A stretch of 60,740 bases of DNA from Minisyncoccota bacterium (GCA_041663185.1 JBAZQY010000003.1:1-60740); one strand, 5' to 3'; positions 44,916 to 55,203 are shown, numbered from the stretch's first letter. Notes: a model not told the origin generated them from the sequence alone. Translations and numbers: made by a program.

Positions 44916-47696
44916 TTAAACTTCAAACTTTTTATTAATATATCCTTTCTTTACCTCAATGGATCCAGAGGTATGGACCAGAGAATAACTCTCATCAGCA
45001 TTTTTATTTTCAATTTTAATATAGTAAGTTCCATTAGGAATCAAACAATAATATTTTCCGGTTTTGTCGGCAACTTTATGGGTAATTTCATTCTGACTCC
45101 CCGAAAAGAAAACCCGCAACACTGCAAACGACAATGGATTCGCTGAAATCTTTTCTTTAATACTTCCATATGTTCTTGGCTTTAATATTGTATTTTTCAA
45201 TATATACATTAATCCATAAAGAGCCAGAATTACAATATTATAAGTAATTGGTGAAGTAATAACCGCAATAATTGTTACAATAAAACCTGAATAAAAAATT
45301 ATATTTGAAATTCTTGATAACCAAAGCTGTTTTTTGGAAAAGAAATTCATCAACTTTTTTTCTTTTTTCTCAAATTCATTCCAATCAAACTTGATCGGAT
45401 CCATTGGAATGTTTTTAGTAATCACTTCGTCTTTTCTAACTTCAATAACATCATTAAAATACAAATTCTGATAAAGTTCATCTTCTGTCTGTCCTTTTAA
45501 TTTATTTGATGGAAATTTATAATTTGTCTTACTAGCAATCATTTTGTATTTACCGGGTGGAACAAGAAAACCGTAACGCCCATCGAGATCTGTAATAGAA
45601 GTTGCTATTTCTTTACCATCTAAATTCTGTAACACAATATATGCTGGATCTAATGGTTGTTTGGTCACAGAGTCATAAACTGTCCCCCAAGGATTTTGAA
45701 GTTTTTTCATTCCGAAAAAGGCTAAAAGCATACTCCAAAGTCGCATTGGGATAAAATATATTTCTTTAAATGAAATTGGATTAACAAAAAGAATTTTTGA
45801 AAAACTAGAAAAAGCTCCTATCAATAAAGCCGTAAAAGCAAAGGCCATTACTATAAAATTATTACGGGGTTCTGGAACAACTTCTACAGGAGCAATAACA
45901 CAATAACCATTCTGGTTTAATTCCATTCCTTCAGGAATTATTTCTTGGATATCATTTATATTTGGACAAACATCAATCGGTGGATTAATCACCACAATAT
46001 TTACACAATCACCTTGATCATTTAATTCCATTCCATCGGGAATTGTTTCTTGAAGATCATCTATATTTTTACAAAGATCAACTGGCACGGTGGTTAAAAT
46101 TATTTTGACACAATTACCATTATTATCTATTTTCATTCCATTTGGAATTATTGTTTGCTCTCCATTTATATTTGGACAAACATCAATCGGTGGATTAATC
46201 ACCACAATATTTACACAATCACCTTGATCATTTAATTCCATTCCATCGGGGATAGCAATTTGCGCTCCATTTATATTTCTACATAAATCCGGATCAGTTC
46301 TTATAACTGTTATAATATTCCCTGTATTAGATGGGCATCTATCTGTAGTTAATGTTTGGTCTGCCCCATAACCAGTACCAGCACTATTAGTTGCATAGGC
46401 ACGGTAGTGATATGTTGTATCACAAGTTAATTCAGAAATTCCAGTATTAAAAGATTCAGCTCCAAAAGAACCAGTTGCTGTAGTGGTTGTACCATAACTA
46501 TCGGTTAAGCCATATTGGAAACCGACAGTTGTTGCATTTTCCCCACCAGTACTTGAAATTGTTCCATTTAGAGTGGCAGTGGTTCTTTCAATTGATGTCG
46601 CCGAAAGAGTAGTTACTGATGGAACAGTAATTGGACTGGCTATTAAAAATGTTTGATCGGCTCCATAACTTGTAGCCGTGCTATTTGTCGCATAAGCTCG
46701 ATAATGATACGTCGTGTCTAGAGACAAAGAAGAAAGATCCGACGAATATGATTCAACACCTAAAGTTCCTACTGGTATTGTGCCTCCAGTATAAGTAATG
46801 TCTGTTCCATATTGAAAACCAGCAACAGGATTTTCTCCTCCAGTGTCAAGAATATTACCATTTAATCTAATGACTGCATCTCCTGGGGCGGCCATCGCTA
46901 CTTGAATAATATTCATAAATGTTTTTCTTATGGGTCCTTGTGCTATCGGTGCTACTATCAACACAGCTGGATCAGTTTCTACGACAGGTGGATTACAAGA
47001 TAAGGTATCAAAAGATACATTTCCACCATCAGCTCCACCATAAGCATGATAAGTATAAGTAGTACTACAACTTAGATTATTCATCGTTAGAGAAAATGCT
47101 CCAACTCCATACGGTTGGCCGTCAGTTTCTGTAGAAGTATATGATAAGATTCCCCCATTTGGATTAGTCCCAGAAATTACAAATCCTCTTTGGGAAATAG
47201 GAGCTCCAACAGAGTCAATTGATCCATTTAAAGTTGCTGAGTTTAAACCAATTCCTGTTGCAGCGTTGGTTGTCACAACAGTTGGAGACGGACAAGCTGT
47301 TGTAGTAAACGTCATATCTTCTCCATACCCAAAAAGTCCGGCCTCATTTTTAGCATAAGCTCGATAATGATACAGAGTTCCACAAGTTCCCAGAAGCCCA
47401 CCTATACTTTCTGAGTATACTCCAGTTGGTAAACCAAAAGGATCATCGCCAATAAAAATTAAATCACTAATTTCATAGGCTATAGTTTCTCCGTATTCAA
47501 AATATCTTAGAACAATAGGACTATCGCCACTATTTGTAATATTCCCAGTTAAGGTAACTGAATCATTTGTAATATCTGAAGACCCAACAGTAATAACCGT
47601 CGGAGGAGTAGCTGCTGAAATTAATGTAAAAACCAAGAAGACAGATATTCCTGTAAAAAAACACAAAAAGATAGTCAGTTTTTTCTTATTTGACAT
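44916..47696 (-). CDS. Large surface/membrane protein: FN3-like repeats, DxCxNI Cys-repeats, carboxypeptidase-regulatory-like domain
   Basis: Four ATLNG...YHYRAYA...GYG repeats; five D(L/V)CxNIxxxQxxIPxGM...GxCV repeats; TM helices; GTVYDSVTKQPL...TDLDGRYGF. Confidence 0.75.
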   Translation of the reverse strand: MSNKKKLTIFLCFFTGISVFLVFTLISAATPPTVITVGSSDITNDSVTLTGNITNSGDSPIVLRYFEYGETIAYEISDLIFIGDDPFGLPTGVYSESIGGLLGTCGTLYHYRAYAKNEAGLFGYGEDMTFTTTACPSPTVVTTNAATGIGLNSATLNGSIDSVGAPISQRGFVISGTNPNGGILSYTSTETDGQPYGVGAFSLTMNNLSCSTTYTYHAYGGADGGNVSFDTLSCNPPVVETDPAVLIVAPIAQGPIRKTFMNIIQVAMAAPGDAVIRLNGNILDTGGENPVAGFQYGTDITYTGGTIPVGTLGVESYSSDLSSLSLDTTYHYRAYATNSTATSYGADQTFLIASPITVPSVTTLSATSIERTTATLNGTISSTGGENATTVGFQYGLTDSYGTTTTATGSFGAESFNTGISELTCDTTYHYRAYATNSAGTGYGADQTLTTDRCPSNTGNIITVIRTDPDLCRNINGAQIAIPDGMELNDQGDCVNIVVINPPIDVCPNINGEQTIIPNGMKIDNNGNCVKIILTTVPVDLCKNIDDLQETIPDGMELNDQGDCVNIVVINPPIDVCPNINDIQEIIPEGMELNQNGYCVIAPVEVVPEPRNNFIVMAFAFTALLIGAFSSFSKILFVNPISFKEIYFIPMRLWSMLLAFFGMKKLQNPWGTVYDSVTKQPLDPAYIVLQNLDGKEIATSITDLDGRYGFLVPPGKYKMIASKTNYKFPSNKLKGQTEDELYQNLYFNDVIEVRKDEVITKNIPMDPIKFDWNEFEKKEKKLMNFFSKKQLWLSRISNIIFYSGFIVTIIAVITSPITYNIVILALYGLMYILKNTILKPRTYGSIKEKISANPLSFAVLRVFFSGSQNEITHKVADKTGKYYCLIPNGTYYIKIENKNADESYSLVHTSGSIEVKKGYINKKFEV

Positions 47697-47778
47697 GAGA
47701 TTAATTCAGATTAATAAATGTTAAGCCTTGTAATATACAATATATCACATCTCACATAAAAATAATACCTGAGATGAT

Positions 47779-47807
47779 TTGCATTATTTTGGAAAATATA
47801 GTACAAT
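47779..47807 (+). promoter_or_regulatory. Promoter of the S1 gene
   Basis: TTGCAT-17 bp-TACAAT, about 100 nt upstream of the ATG. Confidence 0.55.
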
Positions 47808-47914
47808 CGACCTATTATAAGTTCAGTTTGAAGGTTAATCCTTTTTGTGTTTAGTTTTGTAAACAAAAAGATCTTCAACTGCGCCGCAAGATGCGGTTTT
47901 TTTAGTACAAAATT

Positions 47915-49042
47915 ATGAAAAAAGAAGATAAAGATATTGTTGATAATATAGCCGAATTTGCAAAAATAGAACTTTCGAGTATCGGCAAAATGTTAGATAA
48001 AGCTGAGCTTCCTCCTCAAGTCGAAGCTTTGGTTGAAGGTCCTGTAATTTCAATTCAAAAATCATCTGTCTATATTGATCTGACTCCGTTTGGAACAGGG
48101 ATTATTTATGGTAGAGAATTTATAAATGCGAAAGATATTATCAAAAAGATAAATATTGGTGACGTTGTTAAAGCCAAGGTTGTCGAAATTGATAATGAAG
48201 AAGGTTACATTGAATTATCTTTGAAAGAAGCCAAGCAAGCTCTCATTTGGAGTGAGGCCGAGAAAGCTATCAAATCAAAAGTACCTCTTGAATTAACTGT
48301 TAAAGAAGCAAATAAGGGCGGATTGATATTGGAATGGCAAGGAATTGTTGGATTTCTTCCAGCTTCTCAATTAAAGAGTGAACACTATCCAAGAGTTGAA
48401 GATTCCGATAAAGATAAAATATTAAAAGCTCTCAAGTTACTCATCGGCAAACGCATCAATGTTGTGATGATTTCTGCTCTACCTAAAGAAGGAAAATTAA
48501 TTTTCTCTGAAAAAGATAATAATCCCGAGGAAAGACAAGAAATTGTCGGCAAGTATGCTGTCGGGGATGAGCTTGAATGTACTGTTGCTGGAATTGTGGA
48601 CTTCGGTATTTTCTTAAAATTAGAAGAAGGTCTCGAGGGGTTAGTCCATATCTCAGAAATTGATTGGGGCTTAGTAGAAGACCCAAGGTCAATGTTTAAA
48701 GTTGGAGATAAAATTAAAGCTAAAATAATTGAAATTAAGGATGGAAAAATTTCACTTTCTGTTAAAGCTCTTAAAGAAAATCCATGGAATGAATTTAGTG
48801 AGACACTCAAGAAGGGGGACATCATTTCAGGAGTAGTTATCAAATACAACAAACACGGAGCTCTTGTTTCTATCAAACAAGGAGTCGCAGGATTAGTTCA
48901 CAATTCAGGATTTGGCTCGGAAGAAAAATTAAAGAAAACATTGGAATTAGGTAAGACATATAATTTCCAAATAACATTATTTGAGGCCAAAGAACAAAAG
49001 ATGACTCTCGTTTACTTAGATGATAATAAAAAACCAGAATAA
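47915..49042 (+). CDS. rpsA: 30S ribosomal protein S1-like (four S1 domains)
   Basis: Repeated S1 motifs (LSLK, ANKGGL, GFLPASQ, FGIFL...GLVHISEIDW, ISLSVKAL). Confidence 0.88.
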   Translation: MKKEDKDIVDNIAEFAKIELSSIGKMLDKAELPPQVEALVEGPVISIQKSSVYIDLTPFGTGIIYGREFINAKDIIKKINIGDVVKAKVVEIDNEEGYIELSLKEAKQALIWSEAEKAIKSKVPLELTVKEANKGGLILEWQGIVGFLPASQLKSEHYPRVEDSDKDKILKALKLLIGKRINVVMISALPKEGKLIFSEKDNNPEERQEIVGKYAVGDELECTVAGIVDFGIFLKLEEGLEGLVHISEIDWGLVEDPRSMFKVGDKIKAKIIEIKDGKISLSVKALKENPWNEFSETLKKGDIISGVVIKYNKHGALVSIKQGVAGLVHNSGFGSEEKLKKTLELGKTYNFQITLFEAKEQKMTLVYLDDNKKPE

Positions 49043-49043
49043 T

Positions 49044-49079
49044 AATTAAAAAACTCCCCAAATGGGGAGTTTTTTAATT
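49044..49079. terminator. Bidirectional terminator between rpsA and pth
   Basis: aattaaaaaactcccca-aa-tggggagttttttaatt. Confidence 0.9.
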
Positions 49080-49084
49080 TGCTT

Positions 49085-49666
49085 TTAATTATACAAACTC
49101 ATAGCCTTTTCTTTGCTTTCAGTAACTATGATTTCTAGGGCTTCGGCAACTTTTTTAGAAACTTTTTTTAATTCTTTTAATTCAGCTTCTTTATATTGGC
49201 CTAGTAAGAATTTTAGTATCGCTTGCTCCCCTTTTGGTTTCTTAATTTTACCCGATGGTGTTACGGGTGATATGCCTATACGGATACGGACAAACTCACG
49301 TGATTTAATTTTTTTAATTATTGACTCGAGTCCATTATGCCCTCCAGAAGAACGATTAAAAGAAATTTTAAAGCTACCGATTGGTAAATCTATATCATCA
49401 TATATGACAATAACATTTTGTGACTTTATTTTATGTTTTGTTTGAGCAAAAGAAACTGCCACCCCAGAATTATTCATAAATGTTTGCGGTTTAAAATATT
49501 CAACTTCTTTTTTACCGATAGTATCTTTATAATAACACGCTTTTGTTCCAGAAGATTGTTTCCATTCAACTTTTCCTAAAATATTATCAAGCACAATAAA
49601 TCCTGTATTATGCCGACTTGTTTTATATTCTTCTCCTGGATTTCCTAATCCTACAATTAATATCAT
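49085..49666 (-). CDS. pth: Peptidyl-tRNA hydrolase
   Basis: IVGLGNPG, RHNTGF, PQTFMNNSG, YDDIDL, GGHNGL, RIRIGI; start moved to 49666. Confidence 0.97.
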   Translation of the reverse strand: MILIVGLGNPGEEYKTSRHNTGFIVLDNILGKVEWKQSSGTKACYYKDTIGKKEVEYFKPQTFMNNSGVAVSFAQTKHKIKSQNVIVIYDDIDLPIGSFKISFNRSSGGHNGLESIIKKIKSREFVRIRIGISPVTPSGKIKKPKGEQAILKFLLGQYKEAELKELKKVSKKVAEALEIIVTESKEKAMSLYN

Positions 49667-49687
49667 AAATCTATAATAACACAAGAA

Positions 49688-49806
49688 GGGTTAAGTCTGA
49701 AATAGTCTTATCAGAGGGGCTTGTGAGCGCGACGGCGCGAACACTGATAAAATTTCTAGTAAGAAATTTTAGTACCCGATGAGAAGAGCTATTTCAGATT
49801 TAACCC
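49688..49806 (-). repeat. Hairpin element, family B (copy 1)
   Basis: Arms gggttaagtctgaaatag / ctatttcagatttaaccc; core homologous in reverse complement to 57292-57415. Confidence 0.9.
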
Positions 49807-49905
49807 AAAATATTTTTTGAGCAAGATTTGTTTCGGAATTATTCTATATAGAACACACTAAGCTCTATTCTGTCAATACTATTTGTGTGATAAAATAAAG
49901 TTTAT

Positions 49906-50508
49906 ATGGAAAATAATAACAATCAAGGAAATATTAACAATTCAGAAAAACTAACGTCGAAGAAGTGGTTTCAGAATATTTGGGATTTAATTAAATACGC
50001 TATCATCGCTCTTATTATCGTCATCCCTATTAGAACTTTTATTGTTCAGCCATTTGTAGTTAGTGGTGATTCAATGGTCCCAACTTTCCACGATGGTGAA
50101 TATCTTATTGTTGATGAATTATCATACCTAATTGGTAATCCAGAACGAGGCGAAGTTATAATTTTCCGTTATCCTAATGACACAAAAAGATTTTTTATTA
50201 AAAGAATCATCGGTCTTCCAAATGAGGAAATAAAAATACAAGGTGATCAAATCACAGTTATTAATAAAGAAAATCCGAAAGGATTTCAATTAACAGAACC
50301 ATATATTAGTGAGAAGTTTGATACAACCATTTCTCTCAAAACTGGAGATAATGAATACTTTGTACTCGGAGATAATCGAAATAGAAGTTCTGATTCTCGT
50401 GTATGGGGAGTATTACCTGGTAAATTAATAATTGGCAGAGCTTATCTACGACTCCTCCCATTTAAGGAAGCTTCATATTTGCCCGGATATTATCAAGAAA
50501 ATAAATAA
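49906..50508 (+). CDS. lepB: Signal peptidase I
   Basis: VSGDSMVPT, FIKRIIGLP, GDNRNRSSDSR. Confidence 0.97.
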   Translation: MENNNNQGNINNSEKLTSKKWFQNIWDLIKYAIIALIIVIPIRTFIVQPFVVSGDSMVPTFHDGEYLIVDELSYLIGNPERGEVIIFRYPNDTKRFFIKRIIGLPNEEIKIQGDQITVINKENPKGFQLTEPYISEKFDTTISLKTGDNEYFVLGDNRNRSSDSRVWGVLPGKLIIGRAYLRLLPFKEASYLPGYYQENK

Positions 50509-50513
50509 TAAAT

Positions 50514-51806
50514 ATGGAAAAGAAAAAAACAAATAAAAATCCCCTGTCTTCAGTGAAAGGAATGCGAGACATTATAGATAGCCAGTACTATCAATATCAG
50601 GGATTTTTTGAAAAAGCTCAAGAGGTTGCAGTCTATTATGGGTTTAAACCGATTGAAACTCCAATGGTGGAATACGAAGATGTTTTCACTTCTTCAATTG
50701 GAATAGGAACTGATATTATCGATAAAGAAATGTATACCTTAAAAACAAAAGGTGGAGATCATTTAGCTCTTCGCCCTGAACACACAGCTGGTTTAATGCG
50801 CAGTTATATTGAACATGGGATGCAAGCTCTTCCTCAGCCAGTGATGTTTTATAGTTACGGTCCATCATTCCGTCACGACAATCCCCAGAAAGGACGTTAC
50901 CGACAATTTTATCAATTCGATATGGATGTTATCGGTAGTGAAAAAAGTATCTTAGACGCACTAGTCATTAAAACTGCTTGGACAATTCTAAAAGAAGCTG
51001 GTGCAGAAAATCTTTCAGTTGATATCAATTCAATTGGAGATAAAGAATGTCGAGCTTCATATATTAGAGAATTGGTTGCTTTTTACAAAAAAAATATCAA
51101 TGTCTTACCAGGAATAGATAGAGAAAGATTAAAAACAAATCCTCTTCGAATCCTTGATTCAAAAGAAGAAAAAACTATTGAATTAAATCAAAGTGCACCT
51201 GAAGCTCTTTCACATCTTTGTCCTTCGTGTAAAAAACATTTCAAAGAGGTTTTAGAATACTTGGAACAAATGGAAATACCTTATAATCTAAATAAATGTT
51301 TAGTTCGTGGTTTGTCTTATTACACCAGGACGGTTATTGAAATAATTCAAGAAGATAAAGAGACTGGCAAAAATATTACAATTGCCGGTGGTGGACGTTA
51401 TGATTATTTAGGAAAACAGCTTGGTAGCAAAAAAGATGTCCCAGCTATTGGAATTTCTATTGGAGTTGATCGGGTTGTTGAATCACCTTGGTTTGCAAAG
51501 TTATCTCCACGCATCATTAAAAAACCAAAAATCTATTTCATCCAACTTGGTTTTGACGCTAAATTAAAATCATTAAATGTAATCGAGATATTACGAAAAG
51601 GAAAAGTGCCTATTGCTCAATCAATCTCTAAAGATAATCTAGGTGCTCAACTTGCTATTGCTGAGAAGCTTGGTATGGAATACGCAATTATTTTTGGACA
51701 AAAAGAAGCCCTCGAAAATTCGGCTATTGTTCGTGATATGAGTAATCGTTCTCAAGAAACAATTAAACTTCCAAAGTTGTTAGAATATATAAAAAATCTA
51801 AAATAA
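50514..51806 (+). CDS. hisS: Histidine--tRNA ligase
   Basis: KGMRD, LRPEHTA, FRHDNPQKGRYRQFYQ, VRGLSYYT, GGGRYD. Confidence 0.98.
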   Translation: MEKKKTNKNPLSSVKGMRDIIDSQYYQYQGFFEKAQEVAVYYGFKPIETPMVEYEDVFTSSIGIGTDIIDKEMYTLKTKGGDHLALRPEHTAGLMRSYIEHGMQALPQPVMFYSYGPSFRHDNPQKGRYRQFYQFDMDVIGSEKSILDALVIKTAWTILKEAGAENLSVDINSIGDKECRASYIRELVAFYKKNINVLPGIDRERLKTNPLRILDSKEEKTIELNQSAPEALSHLCPSCKKHFKEVLEYLEQMEIPYNLNKCLVRGLSYYTRTVIEIIQEDKETGKNITIAGGGRYDYLGKQLGSKKDVPAIGISIGVDRVVESPWFAKLSPRIIKKPKIYFIQLGFDAKLKSLNVIEILRKGKVPIAQSISKDNLGAQLAIAEKLGMEYAIIFGQKEALENSAIVRDMSNRSQETIKLPKLLEYIKNLK

Positions 51807-51813
51807 AAATAAT

Positions 51814-52350
51814 ATGGTAGTTATCGTTCAAAATGGGGATAAGACCTTACGTAAAATCTCAAAAGAGGTTCCTATTCTAGATATCAAAAAACCAAAAATA
51901 CAACAAATCATTAAAGACATGAGCGATGCTCTGGATTCGCAATATGACGGAGTAGCTATTGCCGCTCCACAGATTGGAGTTTCGTTGCGAATCTTTGTTG
52001 TTTCTGGAAAAATATTTGATGAAAATTTTGTCAGAGGTGAAAAACCTAATGGAAAAAATAGTTATGATAAAAAACAGTGGCCTAATTTAGTTTTCATAAA
52101 TCCAGTTTTTAAAAAAATTTCAAAAGATAGAAAATTAATGACTGAGGGTTGTCTTTCTGTTAGGCCATTATATGGAAAAGTTCGCCGTGCGACCAGAGCA
52201 ACTATCGAAGCATATGATGAACATGGGAAGAAATTTGTTCAAGAAGGAGCTGGATTACTTGCTCATATTTTTCAACATGAGACAGATCACCTAGATGGCA
52301 TACTTTTTATCGATAAAGCAAAAAATCTTCAAGAAGTTTTTAATGAATAA
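51814..52350 (+). CDS. def: Peptide deformylase
   Basis: GVAIAAPQIG, EGCLS, QHETDHLDG. Confidence 0.98.
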   Translation: MVVIVQNGDKTLRKISKEVPILDIKKPKIQQIIKDMSDALDSQYDGVAIAAPQIGVSLRIFVVSGKIFDENFVRGEKPNGKNSYDKKQWPNLVFINPVFKKISKDRKLMTEGCLSVRPLYGKVRRATRATIEAYDEHGKKFVQEGAGLLAHIFQHETDHLDGILFIDKAKNLQEVFNE

Positions 52351-53227
52351 AATGAATGAAAAATTAAAATTTATTTTCTTTGGAACACCCCAAATAGCTA
52401 GCCAAACACTTGATATTCTAACTAGTTGTGGATATATACCTTCAATAATAGTAACTTCACCAGATAAACCCGCTGGGCGTGGTTTACATTTAACTCCTAG
52501 CCCAGTTTCCATTTGGGCCGAAAAACACAATATTCCTTGTTTGAAACCCGAAAAAATAACCCCTGAGTTTATAGAAAAATTAAAATCACCACCAGTCGGA
52601 CTGGTGGCCAGCCACCAGTCCGACTGGTGGCTGGATCTTTTTGTGGTTGTCGCTTACGGGAAAATCTTGCCTGAATCACTTATTAAAACTCCTAAATTAG
52701 GCACAATTAATATTCATTATTCTCTATTACCTAGATGGAGGGGCGCTTCTCCGCTTGAGGCAACATTATTAAATGGAGATACTGTAACCGGAGTAAGTAT
52801 TCAACAAATGGCTTTCAAATTAGATAGTGGACCAATTCTCGCCAAAGAAGAAATTCCGATTGAATTAAACGAAACCAAGGAAGAACTAAAAAACAAATTA
52901 ATAAAATTGGGAGGAGATTTACTTTGTAAAATAATTCCAGAAATTCTTGAAAATAAAATTACTCCAGAGGATCAAGATGAAACAAAAGTAACTTATTGCA
53001 TAAAAATAAAGAAAGAAGATGGCCAGATAGACCCGAGTGGTGATCCTATCCTAAACTGGAATAAATACCGAGCATTTTATGGTTGGCCGGGTATTTTTTT
53101 CTTCAAAAACGAAAAGCGAATTAAAATTACTAAAGCTAAATATGAAAATGATTCATTCATTATCGAAAGAGTGATCCCTGAAGGAAAGAAAGAGATTAAT
53201 TATAGTGAATTATTAAAACAAAATTAA
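52343..53227 (+). CDS. fmt: Methionyl-tRNA formyltransferase, with an in-frame palindromic insert
   Basis: FFGTP, DKPAGRG, VVAYG, NIHYSLLPRWRGASP, LDSGPI. Confidence 0.96.
   Translation: MNKMNEKLKFIFFGTPQIASQTLDILTSCGYIPSIIVTSPDKPAGRGLHLTPSPVSIWAEKHNIPCLKPEKITPEFIEKLKSPPVGLVASHQSDWWLDLFVVVAYGKILPESLIKTPKLGTINIHYSLLPRWRGASPLEATLLNGDTVTGVSIQQMAFKLDSGPILAKEEIPIELNETKEELKNKLIKLGGDLLCKIIPEILENKITPEDQDETKVTYCIKIKKEDGQIDPSGDPILNWNKYRAFYGWPGIFFFKNEKRIKITKAKYENDSFIIERVIPEGKKEINYSELLKQN
52589..52634. repeat. Inverted REP-like doublet inside fmt
   Basis: ccaccagtc-g-gactggtgg followed by ccagccaccagtc-c-gactggtggctgg. Confidence 0.9.
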
Positions 53228-53613
53228 TATTTTGAAGTGAATGGATTTCTGTCTGAAATTCCTTTTAACATTTTCTTTACACTCTTTGCTCCCCTTTTAA
53301 AGAGAGTTTGTTTGCGATCTTTATTACTTGCTATCTGGCGTACTATTTCTTTTTTTGCATCATCGATTGCTATATATAAATCTTCTTTTTCGGTGACCGT
53401 GTAAAATTTAGCCCCTCCGATTTCTATATTAAATTCAGCTCTAAAAACATCGCCTTGTTTATGATGATTTGTTGTTTTCCCAACTTCAATATAAGCAATC
53501 ACTTTTTCTCCACTTTTTACAAATTTCTCAATTCCCGATAAACGTTTATTCACGTAATCACTAATTGCTCTTGTTAACTCCATATTCGTGGCTTTTATAT
53601 TTGTGTTTATCAT
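53224..53613 (-). CDS. hpf: Ribosome hibernation factor HPF/RaiA
   Basis: NIKATNMELT, FRAEFNI, EDLYIAID. Confidence 0.9.
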   Translation of the reverse strand: MINTNIKATNMELTRAISDYVNKRLSGIEKFVKSGEKVIAYIEVGKTTNHHKQGDVFRAEFNIEIGGAKFYTVTEKEDLYIAIDDAKKEIVRQIASNKDRKQTLFKRGAKSVKKMLKGISDRNPFTSKY

Positions 53614-53646
53614 GGTTTATTTTAAGCTAAATTAATAATACTTCCA

Positions 53647-53883
53647 TTATACCAAATTTTCGGGTAAATTAATCGACAAAATTTTGCTTGGACTCTGGTG
53701 ACCATTTATTATTCTAACCTGTTTGACAGAAACACCCAATAACAAGGCCATAATCTCGCAAACCCTTTTATTAGCCATATTTCTTTCAGCTTTTTCTTTA
53801 ACTGAAATAATATAGCTATCTTTGCTTTTCTTTTTTATTTCTTCTTTTTTTGCTCCAGCTTGAACTTTAACTTTGATATACAT
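53647..53883 (-). CDS. DUF167/YggU family protein
   Basis: IKVKVQAGAK, VKEKAERNMAN, IINGHQSPSK. Confidence 0.88.
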   Translation of the reverse strand: MYIKVKVQAGAKKEEIKKKSKDSYIISVKEKAERNMANKRVCEIMALLLGVSVKQVRIINGHQSPSKILSINLPENLV

Positions 53884-53927
53884 AATTATATCTAGATTAT
53901 AACAAAATAATGGTTTATACTATAACC

Positions 53928-54797
53928 ATGGGTAAGATAACAAAGTTTGCAAAAATTTCACTTTCAATATTATATATCGTTGTAATTTTTTTATTAATAT
54001 TTAAAAATGAAAAAATTACACTTTTTTATGATCTTCCCAAATGGCTTATTCCCAGCATATTTTTTATCAGTATTATTTATATTTGTTATAAATATATAAT
54101 TTATATTATTAAAGAGAATAAAACTGAGACAGAAATGATCTCTATCATCAATCACACTTTCCGTACTCCATTGACTGGTATTATTTGGCACACCAAGGAG
54201 TTAGAAAAAAATCTTCCACAAAACGAAAAGCTTTTATATCTGCAAAACATTAATAATTCCGCCAATAAGGTTCTAAATATCCTCGATATTTTAATTGGGA
54301 TAAAAGACATCAAAGATACTTCGAGTTATTTCTTTGAGGCTGTTTCGATTAGAGAAATTATCGAGAAATCAATAAAAAAATATCGAGAAAATATAAACAA
54401 AAAAAATATTACTTTCCAATTTTCTCTTTCTAAAGAAATTCCCTTACTAACTGTTGATCTAAAAAAGATTTCTTTCGTTATTGATACAATTATAGAAAAC
54501 GCAATTTCTTATACAAAAAAAGACGGCAAGATTTTAGTCGATTGCATATCGACTCCTTCTAAACTTACACTTTATATAAGTGATACTGGTATAGGATTAG
54601 GAATGATCGACAAGATGAGAATATTTTCTAAATTTTATCGAAATCATCAAGCCAAGCTTATGAATACTGATGGTATGGGATTGAAATTATATCTAGGAAG
54701 ACAAATCATCAAAAGACATCATGGTAAAATATATGCTAAATCAAATGGCCTCAACGAAGGAACAACCCTCTTTGTTGAATTACCTTTTCAAAAATAA
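53928..54797 (+). CDS. Membrane-bound sensor histidine kinase
   Basis: Two TM helices, H-box NHTFRTPLT, N-box ENAISYT, DTGIG, GMGL; start moved to 53928 (TATACT 6 nt upstream). Confidence 0.9.
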   Translation: MGKITKFAKISLSILYIVVIFLLIFKNEKITLFYDLPKWLIPSIFFISIIYICYKYIIYIIKENKTETEMISIINHTFRTPLTGIIWHTKELEKNLPQNEKLLYLQNINNSANKVLNILDILIGIKDIKDTSSYFFEAVSIREIIEKSIKKYRENINKKNITFQFSLSKEIPLLTVDLKKISFVIDTIIENAISYTKKDGKILVDCISTPSKLTLYISDTGIGLGMIDKMRIFSKFYRNHQAKLMNTDGMGLKLYLGRQIIKRHHGKIYAKSNGLNEGTTLFVELPFQK

Positions 54798-54798
54798 A

Positions 54799-55203
54799 TT
54801 ATTTATTTAAATTTTTGAGAATTTCTTTAATTTCTTTTATGTCCTTTTCTAGGGCCACAATCGCTGTTCTTTCTTTGTGAATTTCTTCTCGTTCTTTATG
54901 AATTTCTTCTTCGGTTTTTTCGTCAATTCTTTTTTCTTTATTTAATCCAGAAATAATGATATTTTCTCCAATAAAAAATGAGACAAATAATCCAGTCAGC
55001 ACAGTAATAGCTAACCCAAAAATCAATGAGCCCCAACTAGATACTCCCCAATCATCGGAAATATGCCAAATCCCTCTCCAAATAGAAACAATTCCAACAC
55101 TTCCAATAAAAGCATAGACAATCGGATGGTGAACTAATTTAATTCTGGCTTTGTCTTCTATACTATCTAAAACTTTATGAATTGCATTAAGTATTTTTCT
55201 CAT
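54799..55203 (-). CDS. Hypothetical membrane protein
   Basis: Two TM helices plus C-terminal coiled coil. Confidence 0.7.
   Translation of the reverse strand: MRKILNAIHKVLDSIEDKARIKLVHHPIVYAFIGSVGIVSIWRGIWHISDDWGVSSWGSLIFGLAITVLTGLFVSFFIGENIIISGLNKEKRIDEKTEEEIHKEREEIHKERTAIVALEKDIKEIKEILKNLNK

Noticed and set aside
45953-46250. Diversity-generating retroelement TR/VR pair
   Set aside because: The two copies are identical (no adenine-specific differences), lie within one gene, and no reverse transcriptase is present.
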